A stretch of 64,000 nucleotides of DNA from NCBI RefSeq assembly GCF_003790525.1, contig NZ_CP033635.1. One strand, given 5' to 3'. The DNA comes from Escherichia coli (GTDB lineage Bacteria; Pseudomonadota; Gammaproteobacteria; Enterobacterales; Enterobacteriaceae). Below the pieces are notes generated by a model. The model did no database searches, had not been told where the DNA came from, and saw only the letters and a program-made list of their open reading frames with translations. The position numbers were made by a program, and so were the translations under genes. How positions within the stretch are numbered: position 1 is the stretch's first letter; each line of letters begins with the position of its first letter. Of the stretch, positions 10,318-21,613 are shown one piece after another.

Positions 10318-11010
10318 ATGAAGGCGTTCGATCTCCACCGTATGGCATTTGATAAAGTGCCTTTTGATTTCCTTGGCGAAGTGGCACTACGTAGTCTTTA
10401 TACCTTTGTACTGGTTTTTTTGTTCCTCAAAATGACCGGAAGACGCGGTGTGCGGCAGATGTCGCTTTTTGAAGTGTTAATCATTCTGACGCTGGGATCA
10501 GCGGCGGGAGATGTGGCGTTTTATGATGATGTGCCGATGGTCCCGGTACTTATCGTCTTTATCACTCTGGCGTTGTTATACCGCCTGGTAATGTGGTTGA
10601 TGGCGCACAGTGAAAAACTGGAAGATCTTCTGGAAGGCAAGCCGGTTGTCATTATTGAAGATGGCGAGCTGGCCTGGTCAAAACTCAACAACTCCAACAT
10701 GACGGAATTTGAGTTCTTTATGGAGCTACGATTGCGCGGTGTGGAACAGCTGGGGCAGGTACGTCTGGCGATTCTCGAAACCAACGGGCAAATCAGTGTT
10801 TATTTCTTTGAAGATGACAAGGTGAAACCGGGCTTACTTATTTTACCCAGTGACTGTACTCAGCGTTACAAAGTGGTGCCGGAGTCGGCGGACTATGCCT
10901 GCATCCGTTGCAGTGAAATCATTCATATGAACGCGGGGGAAAAACAATTATGTCCGCGCTGTGCAAATCCAGAATGGACGAAGGCAAGTCGGGCAAAACG
11001 GGTGACGTGA
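10318..11010 (+). CDS. ycaP: UPF0702/DUF421 membrane protein YcaP
   Basis: 230-aa ORF with hydrophobic N-terminal half; C-terminal CIRC...CPRC motif; divergent from ycaO. Confidence 0.88.
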   Translation: MKAFDLHRMAFDKVPFDFLGEVALRSLYTFVLVFLFLKMTGRRGVRQMSLFEVLIILTLGSAAGDVAFYDDVPMVPVLIVFITLALLYRLVMWLMAHSEKLEDLLEGKPVVIIEDGELAWSKLNNSNMTEFEFFMELRLRGVEQLGQVRLAILETNGQISVYFFEDDKVKPGLLILPSDCTQRYKVVPESADYACIRCSEIIHMNAGEKQLCPRCANPEWTKASRAKRVT

Positions 11011-11208
11011 CAGTAAAAACATCGGCTTTTTGCTAATAATCCGAGAGATTCTTTTGTGTGATGCAAGCCACATTTTTGCCCTCAACGGTTTTACTCATTG
11101 CGATGTGTGTCACTGAATGATAAAACCGATAGCCACAGGAATAATGTATTACCTGTGGTCGCAATCGATTGACCGCGGGTTAATAGCAACGCAACGTGGT
11201 GAGGGGAA

Positions 11209-12297
11209 ATGGCTCAAATCTTCAATTTTAGTTCTGGTCCGGCAATGCTACCGGCAGAGGTGCTTAAACAGGCTCAACAGGAACTGCGCGACTGGAACGG
11301 TCTTGGTACGTCGGTGATGGAAGTGAGTCACCGGGGCAAAGAGTTCATTCAGGTTGCAGAGGAAGCCGAGAAGGATTTTCGCGATCTTCTTAATGTCCCC
11401 TCCAACTACAAGGTATTGTTCTGCCATGGCGGCGGTCGCGGTCAGTTTGCTGCTGTTCCGTTGAATATTCTCGGTGATAAAACCACTGCAGATTATGTTG
11501 ATGCCGGTTACTGGGCGGCAAGTGCCATTAAAGAAGCGAAAAAATACTGCACGCCTAATGTCTTTGACGCCAAAGTGACTGTTGATGGTCTGCGCGCGGT
11601 TAAGCCAATGCGCGAATGGCAACTCTCTGATAATGCTGCTTATATGCATTATTGCCCGAATGAAACCATCGACGGTATCGCCATCGACGAAACGCCAGAC
11701 TTCGGCAAAGATGTGGTGGTCGCCGCCGACTTCTCTTCAACCATTCTTTCCCGTCCGATTGACGTCAGCCGTTATGGCGTGATTTACGCTGGCGCGCAGA
11801 AAAATATCGGCCCGGCAGGCCTGACAATCGTCATCGTTCGTGAAGATTTGCTGGGCAAAGCGAATATCGCGTGTCCGTCGATTCTGGATTATTCCATCCT
11901 CAACGATAACGGCTCCATGTTTAACACGCCGCCGACATTTGCCTGGTATCTGTCTGGTCTGGTCTTTAAATGGCTGAAAGCGAACGGCGGTGTAGCTGAA
12001 ATGGATAAAATCAATCAGCAAAAAGCAGAACTGCTGTATGGGGTGATTGATAACAGCGATTTCTACCGCAATGACGTGGCGAAAGCTAACCGTTCGCGGA
12101 TGAACGTGCCGTTCCAGTTGGCGGACAGTGCGCTTGACAAATTGTTCCTTGAAGAGTCTTTTGCTGCTGGCCTTCATGCGCTGAAAGGTCACCGTGTGGT
12201 CGGCGGAATGCGTGCGTCTATTTATAACGCCATGCCACTGGAAGGCGTTAAAGCGCTGACAGACTTCATGGTTGAGTTCGAACGCCGTCACGGCTAA
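11209..12297 (+). CDS. serC: Phosphoserine aminotransferase
   Basis: 362-aa [27 protein letters not shown]... recognised as SerC. Confidence 0.97.
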
Positions 12298-12316
12298 TGT
12301 CGAAATTTTGCTTAAT

Positions 12317-12345
12317 CCCCACAGCCAGCCTGTGGGGTTTTTATT
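12317..12345 (+). terminator. serC-aroA intercistronic hairpin with T-run (attenuator)
   Basis: CCCCACAG-CCAGC-CTGTGGGG followed by TTTTTATTT, 20 bp after the serC stop and upstream of aroA. Confidence 0.6.
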
Positions 12346-12367
12346 TCTGTTGTAGAGAGTTGAGTTC

Positions 12368-13651
12368 ATGGAATCCCTGACGTTACAACCCATCGCCCGT
12401 GTCGATGGCACTATTAATCTGCCCGGTTCCAAGAGCGTTTCTAACCGCGCTTTATTGCTGGCGGCATTAGCACATGGCAAAACAGTATTAACCAATCTGC
12501 TGGATAGCGATGATGTTCGCTATATGCTTAATGCGTTAAAGGCATTAGGGGTAAGCTATACGCTTTCAGCCGATCGTACGCGTTGCGAAATCATCGGTAA
12601 CGGCGGTCCATTACACGCAAAAAGCGCCCTGGAGTTGTTCCTCGGTAACGCCGGAACGGCAATGCGTCCGCTGGCGGCAGCTCTTTGTCTGGGTAGCAAT
12701 GATATTGTGCTGACCGGTGAACCGCGTATGAAAGAACGCCCCATTGGTCATCTGGTGGATGCGCTGCGCCTGGGCGGGGCGAAGATCACTTACCTGGAAC
12801 AAGAAAATTATCCACCATTGCGTTTACAGGGCGGCTTTACTGGCGGCAACGTTGACGTTGATGGCTCCGTTTCCAGCCAGTTCCTCACCGCACTGTTAAT
12901 GACTGCGCCTCTTGCACCGGAAGATACGGTGATTCGTATTAAAGGCGATCTGGTCTCTAAACCTTATATCGACATCACACTCAATCTGATGAAGACGTTT
13001 GGTGTTGAAATTGAAAATCAGCACTATCAACAATTTGTCGTTAAAGGCGGGCAGTCTTATCAGTCTCCGGGTACTTATTTGGTCGAAGGCGATGCATCTT
13101 CGGCTTCTTACTTCCTGGCAGCAGCAGCAATCAAAGGCGGCACTGTAAAAGTGACCGGCATTGGACGCAACAGTATGCAGGGTGATATTCGCTTTGCTGA
13201 TGTGCTGGAAAAAATGGGTGCGACCATTTGCTGGGGCGATGATTATATTTCCTGCACGCGTGGTGAACTGAACGCCATTGATATGGATATGAACCATATT
13301 CCCGATGCGGCGATGACCATTGCCACCGCGGCGTTATTTGCAAAAGGCAACACCACGCTGCGCAATATCTATAACTGGCGTGTTAAAGAGACCGATCGCC
13401 TGTTTGCGATGGCAACAGAACTGCGTAAAGTCGGTGCGGAAGTCGAAGAGGGGCACGATTTTATTCGCATTACGCCACCGGAAAAACTGAAATTTGCTGA
13501 GATCGCCACTTATAATGATCACCGGATGGCGATGTGTTTCTCGCTGGTCGCATTATCAGATACGGCAGTGACGATTCTTGATCCCAAATGCACGGCCAAA
13601 ACATTTCCGGATTATTTCGAGCAGCTGGCGCGGATTAGCCAGGCAGCCTGA
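12368..13651 (+). CDS. aroA: EPSP synthase (3-phosphoshikimate 1-carboxyvinyltransferase)
   Basis: 427-aa [38 protein letters not shown]... recognised as AroA. Confidence 0.97.
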   Translation: MESLTLQPIARVDGTINLPGSKSVSNRALLLAALAHGKTVLTNLLDSDDVRYMLNALKALGVSYTLSADRTRCEIIGNGGPLHAKSALELFLGNAGTAMRPLAAALCLGSNDIVLTGEPRMKERPIGHLVDALRLGGAKITYLEQENYPPLRLQGGFTGGNVDVDGSVSSQFLTALLMTAPLAPEDTVIRIKGDLVSKPYIDITLNLMKTFGVEIENQHYQQFVVKGGQSYQSPGTYLVEGDASSASYFLAAAAIKGGTVKVTGIGRNSMQGDIRFADVLEKMGATICWGDDYISCTRGELNAIDMDMNHIPDAAMTIATAALFAKGNTTLRNIYNWRVKETDRLFAMATELRKVGAEVEEGHDFIRITPPEKLKFAEIATYNDHRMAMCFSLVALSDTAVTILDPKCTAKTFPDYFEQLARISQAA

Positions 13652-13697
13652 ATGAACAACGTGCAATAAATAGCCAAATCTTTCTTTATCAAAACGT

Positions 13698-13710
13698 CGG
13701 CACATTGCCG
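13698..13710. repeat. Left copy of 13-bp target-site duplication flanking IS4
   Basis: CGGCACATTGCCG immediately left of the IS4 left end; identical 13-mer at 15137-15149. Confidence 0.85.
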
Positions 13711-15136
13711 TAATGCCGATCAGTTAAGGATCAGTTGACCGATCCAGTGGCTGTGTAAGAATCCGGAAACGCTCACTTGTTTCCGGATTTTTTTATGCAC
13801 ATTGGACAGGCTCTTGATCTGGTATCCCGTTACGATTCTCTGCGTAACCCACTGACTTCTCTGGGGGATTACCTCGACCCCGAACTCATCTCTCGTTGCC
13901 TTGCCGAATCAGGTACTGTAACGCTACGCAAGCGCCGTCTTCCCCTCGAAATGATGGTCTGGTGTATTGTTGGCATGGCGCTTGAGCGTAAAGAACCTCT
14001 TCACCAGATTGTGAATCGCCTGGACATCATGCTGCCGGGCAATCGCCCCTTCGTTGCCCCCAGTGCCGTTATTCAGGTCCGCCAGCGCCTGGGAAGTGAG
14101 GCTGTCCGCCGCGTGTTCACGAAAACAGCGCAGCTCTGGCATAACGCCACGCCGCATCCGCACTGGTGCGGCCTGACCCTGCTGGCCATCGATGGTGTGT
14201 TCTGGCGCACACCGGATACACCAGAGAACGATGCAGCCTTCCCCCGCCAGACACATGCCGGGAACCCGGCGCTCTACCCGCAGGTCAAAATGGTCTGCCA
14301 GATGGAACTGACCAGCCATCTGCTGACGGCTGCAGCCTTCGGCACGATGAAGAACAGCGAAAATGAGCTTGCTGAGCAACTTATAGAACAAACCGGCGAT
14401 AACACTCTGACGTTAATGGATAAAGGTTATTACTCACTGGGACTGTTAAATGCCTGGAGCCTGGCGGGAGAACACCGCCACTGGATGATACCTATCAGAA
14501 AGGGAGCGCAATATGAAGAGAGCAGAAAACTGGGTAAAGGCGATCATCTGGTGAAGCTGAAAACCAGCCCGCAGGCACGAAAAAAGTGGCCGGGACTGGG
14601 AAATGAAGTGACAGCCCGCCTGCTGACCGTGACGCGCAAAGGAAAAGTCTGCCATCTGCTGACGTCGATGACGGACGCCATGCGCTTCCCCGGAGGAGAA
14701 ATGGCGGATCTGTACAGTCATCGCTGGGAAATCGAACTGGGATACAGGGAGATAAAACAGACGATGCAACTGAGCAGGCTGACGCTGAGAAGTAAAAAAC
14801 CGGAGCTTGTGGAGCAAGAGCTGTGGGGTGTCTTACTGGCTTATAATCTGGTGAGATATCAGATGATTAAAATGGCGGAATATCTGAAAGGTTACTGGCC
14901 GAATCAACTGAGTTTCTCAGAATCATGTGGAATGGTGATGAGAATGCTGATGACATTGCAGGGCGCTTCACCGGGACGTATACCGGAGCTGATGCGCGAT
15001 CTTGCAAGTATGGGACAACTTGTGAAATTACCGACAAGAAGGGAAAGGGCCTTCCCGAGAGTGGTAAAGGAGAGGCCCTGGAAATACCCCACAGCCCCGA
15101 AAAAGAGCCAGTCAGTTGCTTAACTGACTGGCATTA
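13711..15136 (+). mobile_element. Insertion sequence IS4, complete copy
   Basis: Exactly 1426 bp; imperfect terminal inverted repeats TAATGCCGATCAGTTAAGG (left) and GCTTAACTGACTGGCATTA (right); single intact transposase ORF; flanked by a perfect 13-bp direct repeat. Confidence 0.93.
13795..15123 (+). CDS. insG: IS4 transposase
   Basis: Track ORF 13777..15123; start trimmed to [20 protein letters not shown] (442 aa), recognised as the IS4 transposase; no frameshift or internal stop. Confidence 0.93.
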   Translation: MHIGQALDLVSRYDSLRNPLTSLGDYLDPELISRCLAESGTVTLRKRRLPLEMMVWCIVGMALERKEPLHQIVNRLDIMLPGNRPFVAPSAVIQVRQRLGSEAVRRVFTKTAQLWHNATPHPHWCGLTLLAIDGVFWRTPDTPENDAAFPRQTHAGNPALYPQVKMVCQMELTSHLLTAAAFGTMKNSENELAEQLIEQTGDNTLTLMDKGYYSLGLLNAWSLAGEHRHWMIPIRKGAQYEESRKLGKGDHLVKLKTSPQARKKWPGLGNEVTARLLTVTRKGKVCHLLTSMTDAMRFPGGEMADLYSHRWEIELGYREIKQTMQLSRLTLRSKKPELVEQELWGVLLAYNLVRYQMIKMAEYLKGYWPNQLSFSESCGMVMRMLMTLQGASPGRIPELMRDLASMGQLVKLPTRRERAFPRVVKERPWKYPTAPKKSQSVA

Positions 15137-15149
15137 CGGCACATTGCCG
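15137..15149. repeat. Right copy of 13-bp target-site duplication flanking IS4
   Basis: CGGCACATTGCCG immediately right of the IS4 right end, followed by GCGTTTTTTTT (the distal half of the split aroA terminator). Confidence 0.85.
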
Positions 15150-15258
15150 GCGTTTTTTTTCGGACCTTGTGAGTCATTTTGATTAATGGTAGCGTCGTTT
15201 GTCAATGTAAGTTATTGATACATAATATTTATATATGATTAATCAACGGATGATTCAC

Positions 15259-16023
15259 ATGAAGAATACTAAATTACTGCTGGCGATTGCGGCCTCTGCA
15301 GCTTTACTGACAGGGTGTCAGAATACCCACGGTATTGATACCAATATGGCTATCAGCTCAGGTTTAAATGCCTATAAAGCAGCAACGTTAAGCGATGCTG
15401 ATGCAAAAGCGATTGCCAATCAGGGCTGTGCCGAAATGGACAGCGGCAATCAAGTCGCAAGTAAATCCAGCAAGTACGGTAAACGTCTGGCAAAAATCGC
15501 CAAAGCATTGGGTAACAATATTAATGGCACGCCGGTCAACTATAAGGTTTATATGACCAGCGACGTCAACGCATGGGCGATGGCGAACGGCTGTGTTCGT
15601 GTCTACAGTGGCCTGATGGACATGATGAACGACAACGAAATTGAAGGCGTTCTGGGTCATGAACTGGGCCACGTCGCGTTGGGTCACTCGCTGGCTGAAA
15701 TGAAAGCTTCTTATGCGATCGTTGCCGCACGTGATGCGATTTCCGCTACCAGCGGTGTGGCTTCCCAGCTTTCTCGCTCACAATTAGGTGATATCGCAGA
15801 AGGCGCTATCAATGCGAAATACTCCCGCGATAAAGAGTCCGAAGCAGATGATTTCTCCTTTGATCTGTTGAAGAAACGTGGCATCAGCACCCAGGGGCTG
15901 GTTGGCAGCTTTGAAAAATTGGCCAGCCTGGATGGCGGTCGCACCCAGTCCATGTTTGACTCTCACCCACCATCAACAGAGCGTGCGCAACACATCCGTG
16001 ATCGTATCGCCTCTGGTAAGTAA
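15259..16023 (+). CDS. ycaL: M48-family metalloprotease lipoprotein YcaL
   Basis: Track ORF 15235..16023; start trimmed to MKNTKLLLAIAASAALLTGC (lipobox LTGC), 254 aa; HExxH motif HELGH. Confidence 0.9.
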   Translation: MKNTKLLLAIAASAALLTGCQNTHGIDTNMAISSGLNAYKAATLSDADAKAIANQGCAEMDSGNQVASKSSKYGKRLAKIAKALGNNINGTPVNYKVYMTSDVNAWAMANGCVRVYSGLMDMMNDNEIEGVLGHELGHVALGHSLAEMKASYAIVAARDAISATSGVASQLSRSQLGDIAEGAINAKYSRDKESEADDFSFDLLKKRGISTQGLVGSFEKLASLDGGRTQSMFDSHPPSTERAQHIRDRIASGK

Positions 16024-16195
16024 ATCATTGTCATCTTTCGGGCTGGTCTTCTGCCAGCCCGCTATAATTGCGCAATAAATCCCCATCTGAATACAGACAA
16101 AACTGGTTTTTGCACACAACGTTAACGATTTGTGGCGTCGGCGCGTATAATGCGCGCGGTTATGTTAACGGTACGCCTGTTTTAAGGAGATAAAG

Positions 16196-16879
16196 ATGAC
16201 GGCAATTGCCCCGGTTATTACCATTGATGGCCCAAGCGGTGCAGGGAAAGGCACCTTGTGTAAGGCTATGGCGGAAGCGTTGCAATGGCATCTGCTGGAC
16301 TCGGGTGCAATTTATCGCGTACTGGCACTGGCGGCATTACATCACCATGTTGATGTTGCATCGGAAGATGCGCTGGTGCCGCTGGCATCCCATCTGGATG
16401 TACGTTTTGTGTCGACCAATGGCAATCTGGAAGTGATCCTCGAAGGGGAAGATGTCAGCGGCGAAATTCGTACTCAGGAAGTGGCGAATGCTGCCTCACA
16501 AGTCGCGGCATTCCCACGCGTTCGTGAAGCATTATTGCGTCGCCAACGCGCGTTTCGCGAATTACCAGGCCTGATTGCCGATGGCCGCGACATGGGAACG
16601 GTGGTATTCCCTGATGCGCCAGTGAAAATTTTCCTTGACGCCTCCTCGGAAGAACGTGCGCATCGCCGCATGCTACAGTTGCAGGAGAAGGGCTTTAGTG
16701 TTAACTTTGAGCGCCTTTTGGCCGAGATCAAAGAACGCGACGACCGCGATCGTAACCGAGCGGTAGCGCCACTGGTTCCGGCAGCCGATGCTTTAGTGTT
16801 GGATTCCACCACCTTAAGCATTGAGCAAGTGATTGAAAAAGCGCTACAATACGCGCGCCAGAAATTGGCTCTCGCATAA
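16196..16879 (+). CDS. cmk: Cytidylate kinase
   Basis: 227-aa ORF; P-loop GPSGAGKGT; recognised as Cmk. Confidence 0.96.
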
Positions 16880-16989
16880 GCGACCGAATTTGCAGTACCC
16901 CCGTTGCAATGGAATGACAGCGGGTATGTTAAACAACCCCATCCGGCATGGAGCTAGGTGGACGTTAAATATAAACCTGAAGATTAAAC

Positions 16990-18663
16990 ATGACTGAATC
17001 TTTTGCTCAACTCTTTGAAGAGTCCTTAAAAGAAATCGAAACCCGCCCGGGTTCTATCGTTCGTGGCGTTGTTGTTGCTATCGACAAAGACGTAGTACTG
17101 GTTGACGCTGGTCTGAAATCTGAGTCCGCCATCCCGGCTGAGCAGTTCAAAAACGCCCAGGGCGAGCTGGAAATCCAGGTAGGTGACGAAGTTGACGTTG
17201 CTCTGGACGCAGTAGAAGACGGCTTCGGTGAAACTCTGCTGTCCCGTGAGAAAGCTAAACGTCACGAAGCCTGGATCACGCTGGAAAAAGCTTACGAAGA
17301 TGCTGAAACTGTTACCGGTGTTATCAACGGCAAAGTTAAGGGCGGCTTCACTGTTGAGCTGAACGGTATTCGTGCGTTCCTGCCAGGTTCTCTGGTAGAC
17401 GTTCGTCCGGTGCGTGACACTCTGCACCTGGAAGGCAAAGAGCTTGAATTCAAAGTAATCAAGCTGGATCAGAAGCGCAACAACGTTGTTGTTTCTCGTC
17501 GTGCCGTTATCGAATCCGAAAACAGCGCAGAGCGCGATCAGCTGCTGGAAAACCTGCAGGAAGGCATGGAAGTTAAAGGTATCGTTAAGAACCTCACTGA
17601 CTACGGTGCATTCGTTGATCTGGGCGGCGTTGACGGCCTGCTGCACATCACTGATATGGCCTGGAAACGCGTTAAGCATCCGAGCGAAATCGTCAACGTG
17701 GGCGACGAAATCACTGTTAAAGTGCTGAAGTTCGACCGCGAACGTACCCGTGTATCCCTGGGCCTGAAACAGCTGGGCGAAGATCCGTGGGTAGCTATCG
17801 CTAAACGTTATCCGGAAGGTACCAAACTGACTGGTCGCGTGACCAACCTGACCGACTACGGCTGCTTCGTTGAAATCGAAGAAGGCGTTGAAGGCCTGGT
17901 ACACGTTTCCGAAATGGATTGGACCAACAAAAACATCCACCCGTCCAAAGTTGTTAACGTTGGCGATGTAGTGGAAGTTATGGTTCTGGATATCGACGAA
18001 GAACGTCGTCGTATCTCCCTGGGTCTGAAACAGTGCAAAGCTAACCCGTGGCAGCAGTTCGCGGAAACCCACAACAAGGGTGACCGTGTTGAAGGTAAAA
18101 TCAAGTCTATCACTGACTTCGGTATCTTCATCGGCCTGGACGGCGGCATCGACGGCCTGGTTCACCTGTCTGACATCTCCTGGAACGTTGCAGGCGAAGA
18201 AGCAGTTCGTGAATACAAAAAAGGCGACGAAATCGCTGCAGTTGTTCTGCAGGTTGACGCAGAACGTGAACGTATCTCCCTGGGCGTTAAACAGCTCGCA
18301 GAAGATCCGTTCAACAACTGGGTTGCTCTGAACAAGAAAGGCGCTATCGTAACCGGTAAAGTAACTGCAGTTGACGCTAAAGGCGCAACCGTAGAACTGG
18401 CTGACGGCGTTGAAGGTTACCTGCGTGCTTCTGAAGCATCCCGTGACCGCGTTGAAGACGCTACCCTGGTTCTGAGCGTTGGCGACGAAGTTGAAGCTAA
18501 ATTCACCGGCGTTGATCGTAAAAACCGCGCAATCAGCCTGTCTGTTCGTGCGAAAGACGAAGCTGACGAGAAAGATGCAATCGCAACTGTTAACAAACAG
18601 GAAGATGCAAACTTCTCCAACAACGCAATGGCTGAAGCTTTCAAAGCAGCTAAAGGCGAGTAA
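16990..18663 (+). CDS. rpsA: 30S ribosomal protein S1
   Basis: 557-aa [29 protein letters not shown]... with repeated S1 domains; highly biased codon usage (379-aa antisense shadow ORF). Confidence 0.98.
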
Positions 18664-18671
18664 TTCTCTGA

Positions 18672-18700
18672 CTCTTCGGGATTTTTATTCCGAAGTTTGT
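18672..18700 (+). terminator. rpsA 3-prime hairpin (terminator/attenuator before ihfB)
   Basis: CTTCGG-GATTTTTATT-CCGAAG followed by TTTGTTG, 10 bp after the rpsA stop. Confidence 0.55.
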
Positions 18701-18822
18701 TGAGTTTACTTGACAGATTGCAGGTTTCGTCCTGTAATCAAGCACTAAGGGCGGCTACGGCCGCCCTTAATCAATGCAGCAACAGCAGCCGCTTAATTTG
18801 CCTTTAAGGAACCGGAGGAATC

Positions 18823-19107
18823 ATGACCAAGTCAGAATTGATAGAAAGACTTGCCACCCAGCAATCGCACATTCCCGCCAAGACGGTTGAAGATGCAGTA
18901 AAAGAGATGCTGGAGCATATGGCCTCGACTCTTGCGCAGGGCGAGCGTATTGAAATCCGCGGTTTCGGCAGTTTCTCTTTGCACTACCGCGCACCACGTA
19001 CCGGACGTAATCCGAAGACTGGCGATAAAGTAGAACTGGAAGGAAAATACGTTCCTCACTTTAAACCAGGTAAAGAACTGCGCGATCGCGCCAATATTTA
19101 CGGTTAA
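18823..19107 (+). CDS. ihfB: Integration host factor beta subunit
   Basis: 94-aa [33 protein letters not shown]... recognised as IhfB. Confidence 0.97.
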
Positions 19108-19131
19108 GTTTTTACTCAAACTTGAACGCGA

Positions 19132-19158
19132 GAAAAGCACCTGTCGGGTGCTTTTTTC
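19132..19158 (+). terminator. ihfB intrinsic terminator
   Basis: AGCACC-TGTCG-GGTGCT followed by TTTTTTC. Confidence 0.75.
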
Positions 19159-19312
19159 ATTTCTCTAATCTGGAACTGGAAGCTGCCTCGCAGAGTTTTG
19201 AGCAGTTTTCACCCTATCGTTAAATTCTTCTGAACGTGCCTCGGGGAACGCAAAACACCCACCAGACAACCGTTCAACAAAGTTGCACACTTTCTATAAA
19301 CAGGGAGGGTGC

Positions 19313-21577
19313 ATGAAAATAACGACAGTCGGCGTATGCATAATTTGCGGAATTTTTCCGTTGCTGATTTTGCCCCAATTGCCAGGGACAGTAACCCTTG
19401 CGTTTCTGACTCTCTTCGCCTGTGTACTGGCATTTATCCCTGTTAAAACCGTCCGTTATATCGCGCTGACGTTGCTGTTTTTCGTTTGGGGCATATTAGC
19501 AGCAAAGCAAATTTTGTGGGCAGGAGAAACCTTAACTGGCGCGACGCAGGATGCAATAGTTGAGATCACTGCTACTGACGGCATGACCACTCATTACGGT
19601 CAAATCACTCATCTACAAAGTCGACGTATATTCCCTGCGCCAGGCCTCGTACTGTATGGCGAATATCTTCCGCAAGCGGTTTGTGCCGGACAAGTATGGT
19701 CAATGAAACTCAAAGTTCGTGCAGTTCATGGTCAACTTAATGATGGCGGCTTTGATAGCCAGCGTTATGCCATTGCCCAGCATCAACCGCTCACCGGCCG
19801 TTTTCTGCAGGCAAGTGTCATTGAACCGAATTGTAGCCTGCGTGCACAGTATCTGGCGTCATTACAAACAACGCTGCAACCCTATCCGTGGAATGCGGTT
19901 ATTCTTGGTTTAGGTATGGGGGAACGGTTATCCGTTCCCAAAGAAATCAAAAATATCATGCGCGATACTGGAACGGCGCATTTAATGGCGATATCGGGAT
20001 TGCATATCGCTTTTGCGGCGTTGCTGGCTGCCGGACTCATTCGCGGTGGGCAAGTTTTTCTGCCTGGGCGCTGGATCCACTGGCAAATGCCATTAATTGG
20101 CGGAATCTGCTGTGCTGCTTTTTATGCCTGGCTGACTGGGATGCAACCTCCTGCATTGCGTACCGTGGTGGCGCTTGCTACGTGGGGAATGCTTAAGTTA
20201 AGTGGGCGACAATGGAGTGGCTGGGATGTATGGATATGTTGTCTGGCGGCAATTTTGCTGATGGATCCTGTTGCCATTCTCTCGCAAAGTTTATGGCTCT
20301 CTGCCGCTGCGGTCGCGGCACTGATTTTTTGGTATCAGTGGTTTCCCGGTCCTGAGTGGCAACTGCCGCCGGTATTGCGTGCACTTGTTTCCCTCATCCA
20401 TCTGCAACTGGGAATCACACTCCTGCTTATGCCCGTGCAAATCGTCATATTTCATGGCATTAGTCTGACCTCGTTTATTGCAAATCTATTTGCAATTCCC
20501 CTGGTGACATTTATCACGGTTCCGTTGATCCTCGCCGCTATGGTTGTGCATTTAAGCGGGCCGTTAATCCTGGAAGAGGGATTATGGTTTCTTGCCGACC
20601 GGTCTTTGGCTTTACTTTTCTGGGGGTTAAAGAGTTTGCCGGAAGGGTGGATCAACATTGCTGAACGTTGGCAATGGCTATCATTTTCCCCATGGTTCTT
20701 ACTGGTGGTATGGCGATTAAACGCCTGGCGAACGTTGCCAGCAATGTGTGTGGCTGGAGGCTTGCTGATGTGCTGGCCGCTGTGGCAAAAACCTCGACCT
20801 GACGAGTGGCAAGTGTACATGCTTGATGTCGGGCAAGGGCTGGCAATGGTGATAGCCAGAAACGGCAAAGCGATTCTCTATGACACGGGACTGGCCTGGC
20901 CTGAAGGGGATAGTGGGCAACAACTGATTATCCCCTGGCTCCACTGGCATAATCTTGAACCGGAAGGCGTTATTCTGAGTCATGAACATCTGGATCACCG
21001 GGGAGGGCTGGACTCAATATTGCATACATGGCCGATGTTATGGATCAGAAGTCCGTTAAACTGGGAACACCATCAGCCCTGTGTGCGTGGCGAAGCGTGG
21101 CAATGGCAAGGATTGCGTTTCAGCGTGCACTGGCCTTTACAAGCTAGCAACGATAAAGGAAATAACCATTCCTGTGTGGTTAAGGTTGATGACGGGACGA
21201 ATAGCATTCTTCTAACCGGTGATATTGAAGCCCCCGCTGAACAAAAGATGCTAAGCCGTTACTGGCAGCAAGTGCAGGCAACATTGCTTCAGGTACCTCA
21301 CCATGGCAGTAATACCTCATCATCGTTGCCATTAATTCAGCGAGTGAATGGAAAAGTGGCACTCGCATCGGCATCGCGCTATAACGCATGGCGACTGCCC
21401 TCAAGCAAAGTTAAACATCGCTATCAACAACAGGGTTATAAGTGGCTTGATACTCCACATCAGGGTCAAATAACGGTCGATTTTTCAGCGCAAGGCTGGC
21501 GGATTAGCAGCCTCAGAGAGCAAATTTTACCTCGTTGGTATCATCAGTGGTTTGGCGTGCCAGTGGATAACGGGTAG
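19313..21577 (+). CDS. ycaI: ComEC/Rec2-family inner membrane protein (DNA-uptake channel homolog)
   Basis: Track ORF 19283..21577; start trimmed to MKITTVGVCIICGIF (754 aa); polytopic N-terminal part and C-terminal metallo-beta-lactamase fold (HEHLDH). Confidence 0.88.
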   Translation: MKITTVGVCIICGIFPLLILPQLPGTVTLAFLTLFACVLAFIPVKTVRYIALTLLFFVWGILAAKQILWAGETLTGATQDAIVEITATDGMTTHYGQITHLQSRRIFPAPGLVLYGEYLPQAVCAGQVWSMKLKVRAVHGQLNDGGFDSQRYAIAQHQPLTGRFLQASVIEPNCSLRAQYLASLQTTLQPYPWNAVILGLGMGERLSVPKEIKNIMRDTGTAHLMAISGLHIAFAALLAAGLIRGGQVFLPGRWIHWQMPLIGGICCAAFYAWLTGMQPPALRTVVALATWGMLKLSGRQWSGWDVWICCLAAILLMDPVAILSQSLWLSAAAVAALIFWYQWFPGPEWQLPPVLRALVSLIHLQLGITLLLMPVQIVIFHGISLTSFIANLFAIPLVTFITVPLILAAMVVHLSGPLILEEGLWFLADRSLALLFWGLKSLPEGWINIAERWQWLSFSPWFLLVVWRLNAWRTLPAMCVAGGLLMCWPLWQKPRPDEWQVYMLDVGQGLAMVIARNGKAILYDTGLAWPEGDSGQQLIIPWLHWHNLEPEGVILSHEHLDHRGGLDSILHTWPMLWIRSPLNWEHHQPCVRGEAWQWQGLRFSVHWPLQASNDKGNNHSCVVKVDDGTNSILLTGDIEAPAEQKMLSRYWQQVQATLLQVPHHGSNTSSSLPLIQRVNGKVALASASRYNAWRLPSSKVKHRYQQQGYKWLDTPHQGQITVDFSAQGWRISSLREQILPRWYHQWFGVPVDNG

Positions 21578-21613
21578 AATATGCGGCTATTTCAACAAAT
21601 GCTGGTTTTTTGA

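Noticed and set aside
16039-16061. 8-bp perfect hairpin after ycaL (CGGGCTGG-TCTTCTG-CCAGCCCG)
   Set aside because: No following T-run; may be a weak terminator or a stability element, but the evidence is insufficient to call a feature.
17026-18165. 379-aa reverse-strand ORF inside rpsA
   Set aside because: Same antisense artefact of strong codon bias; rpsA on the + strand is unambiguous.
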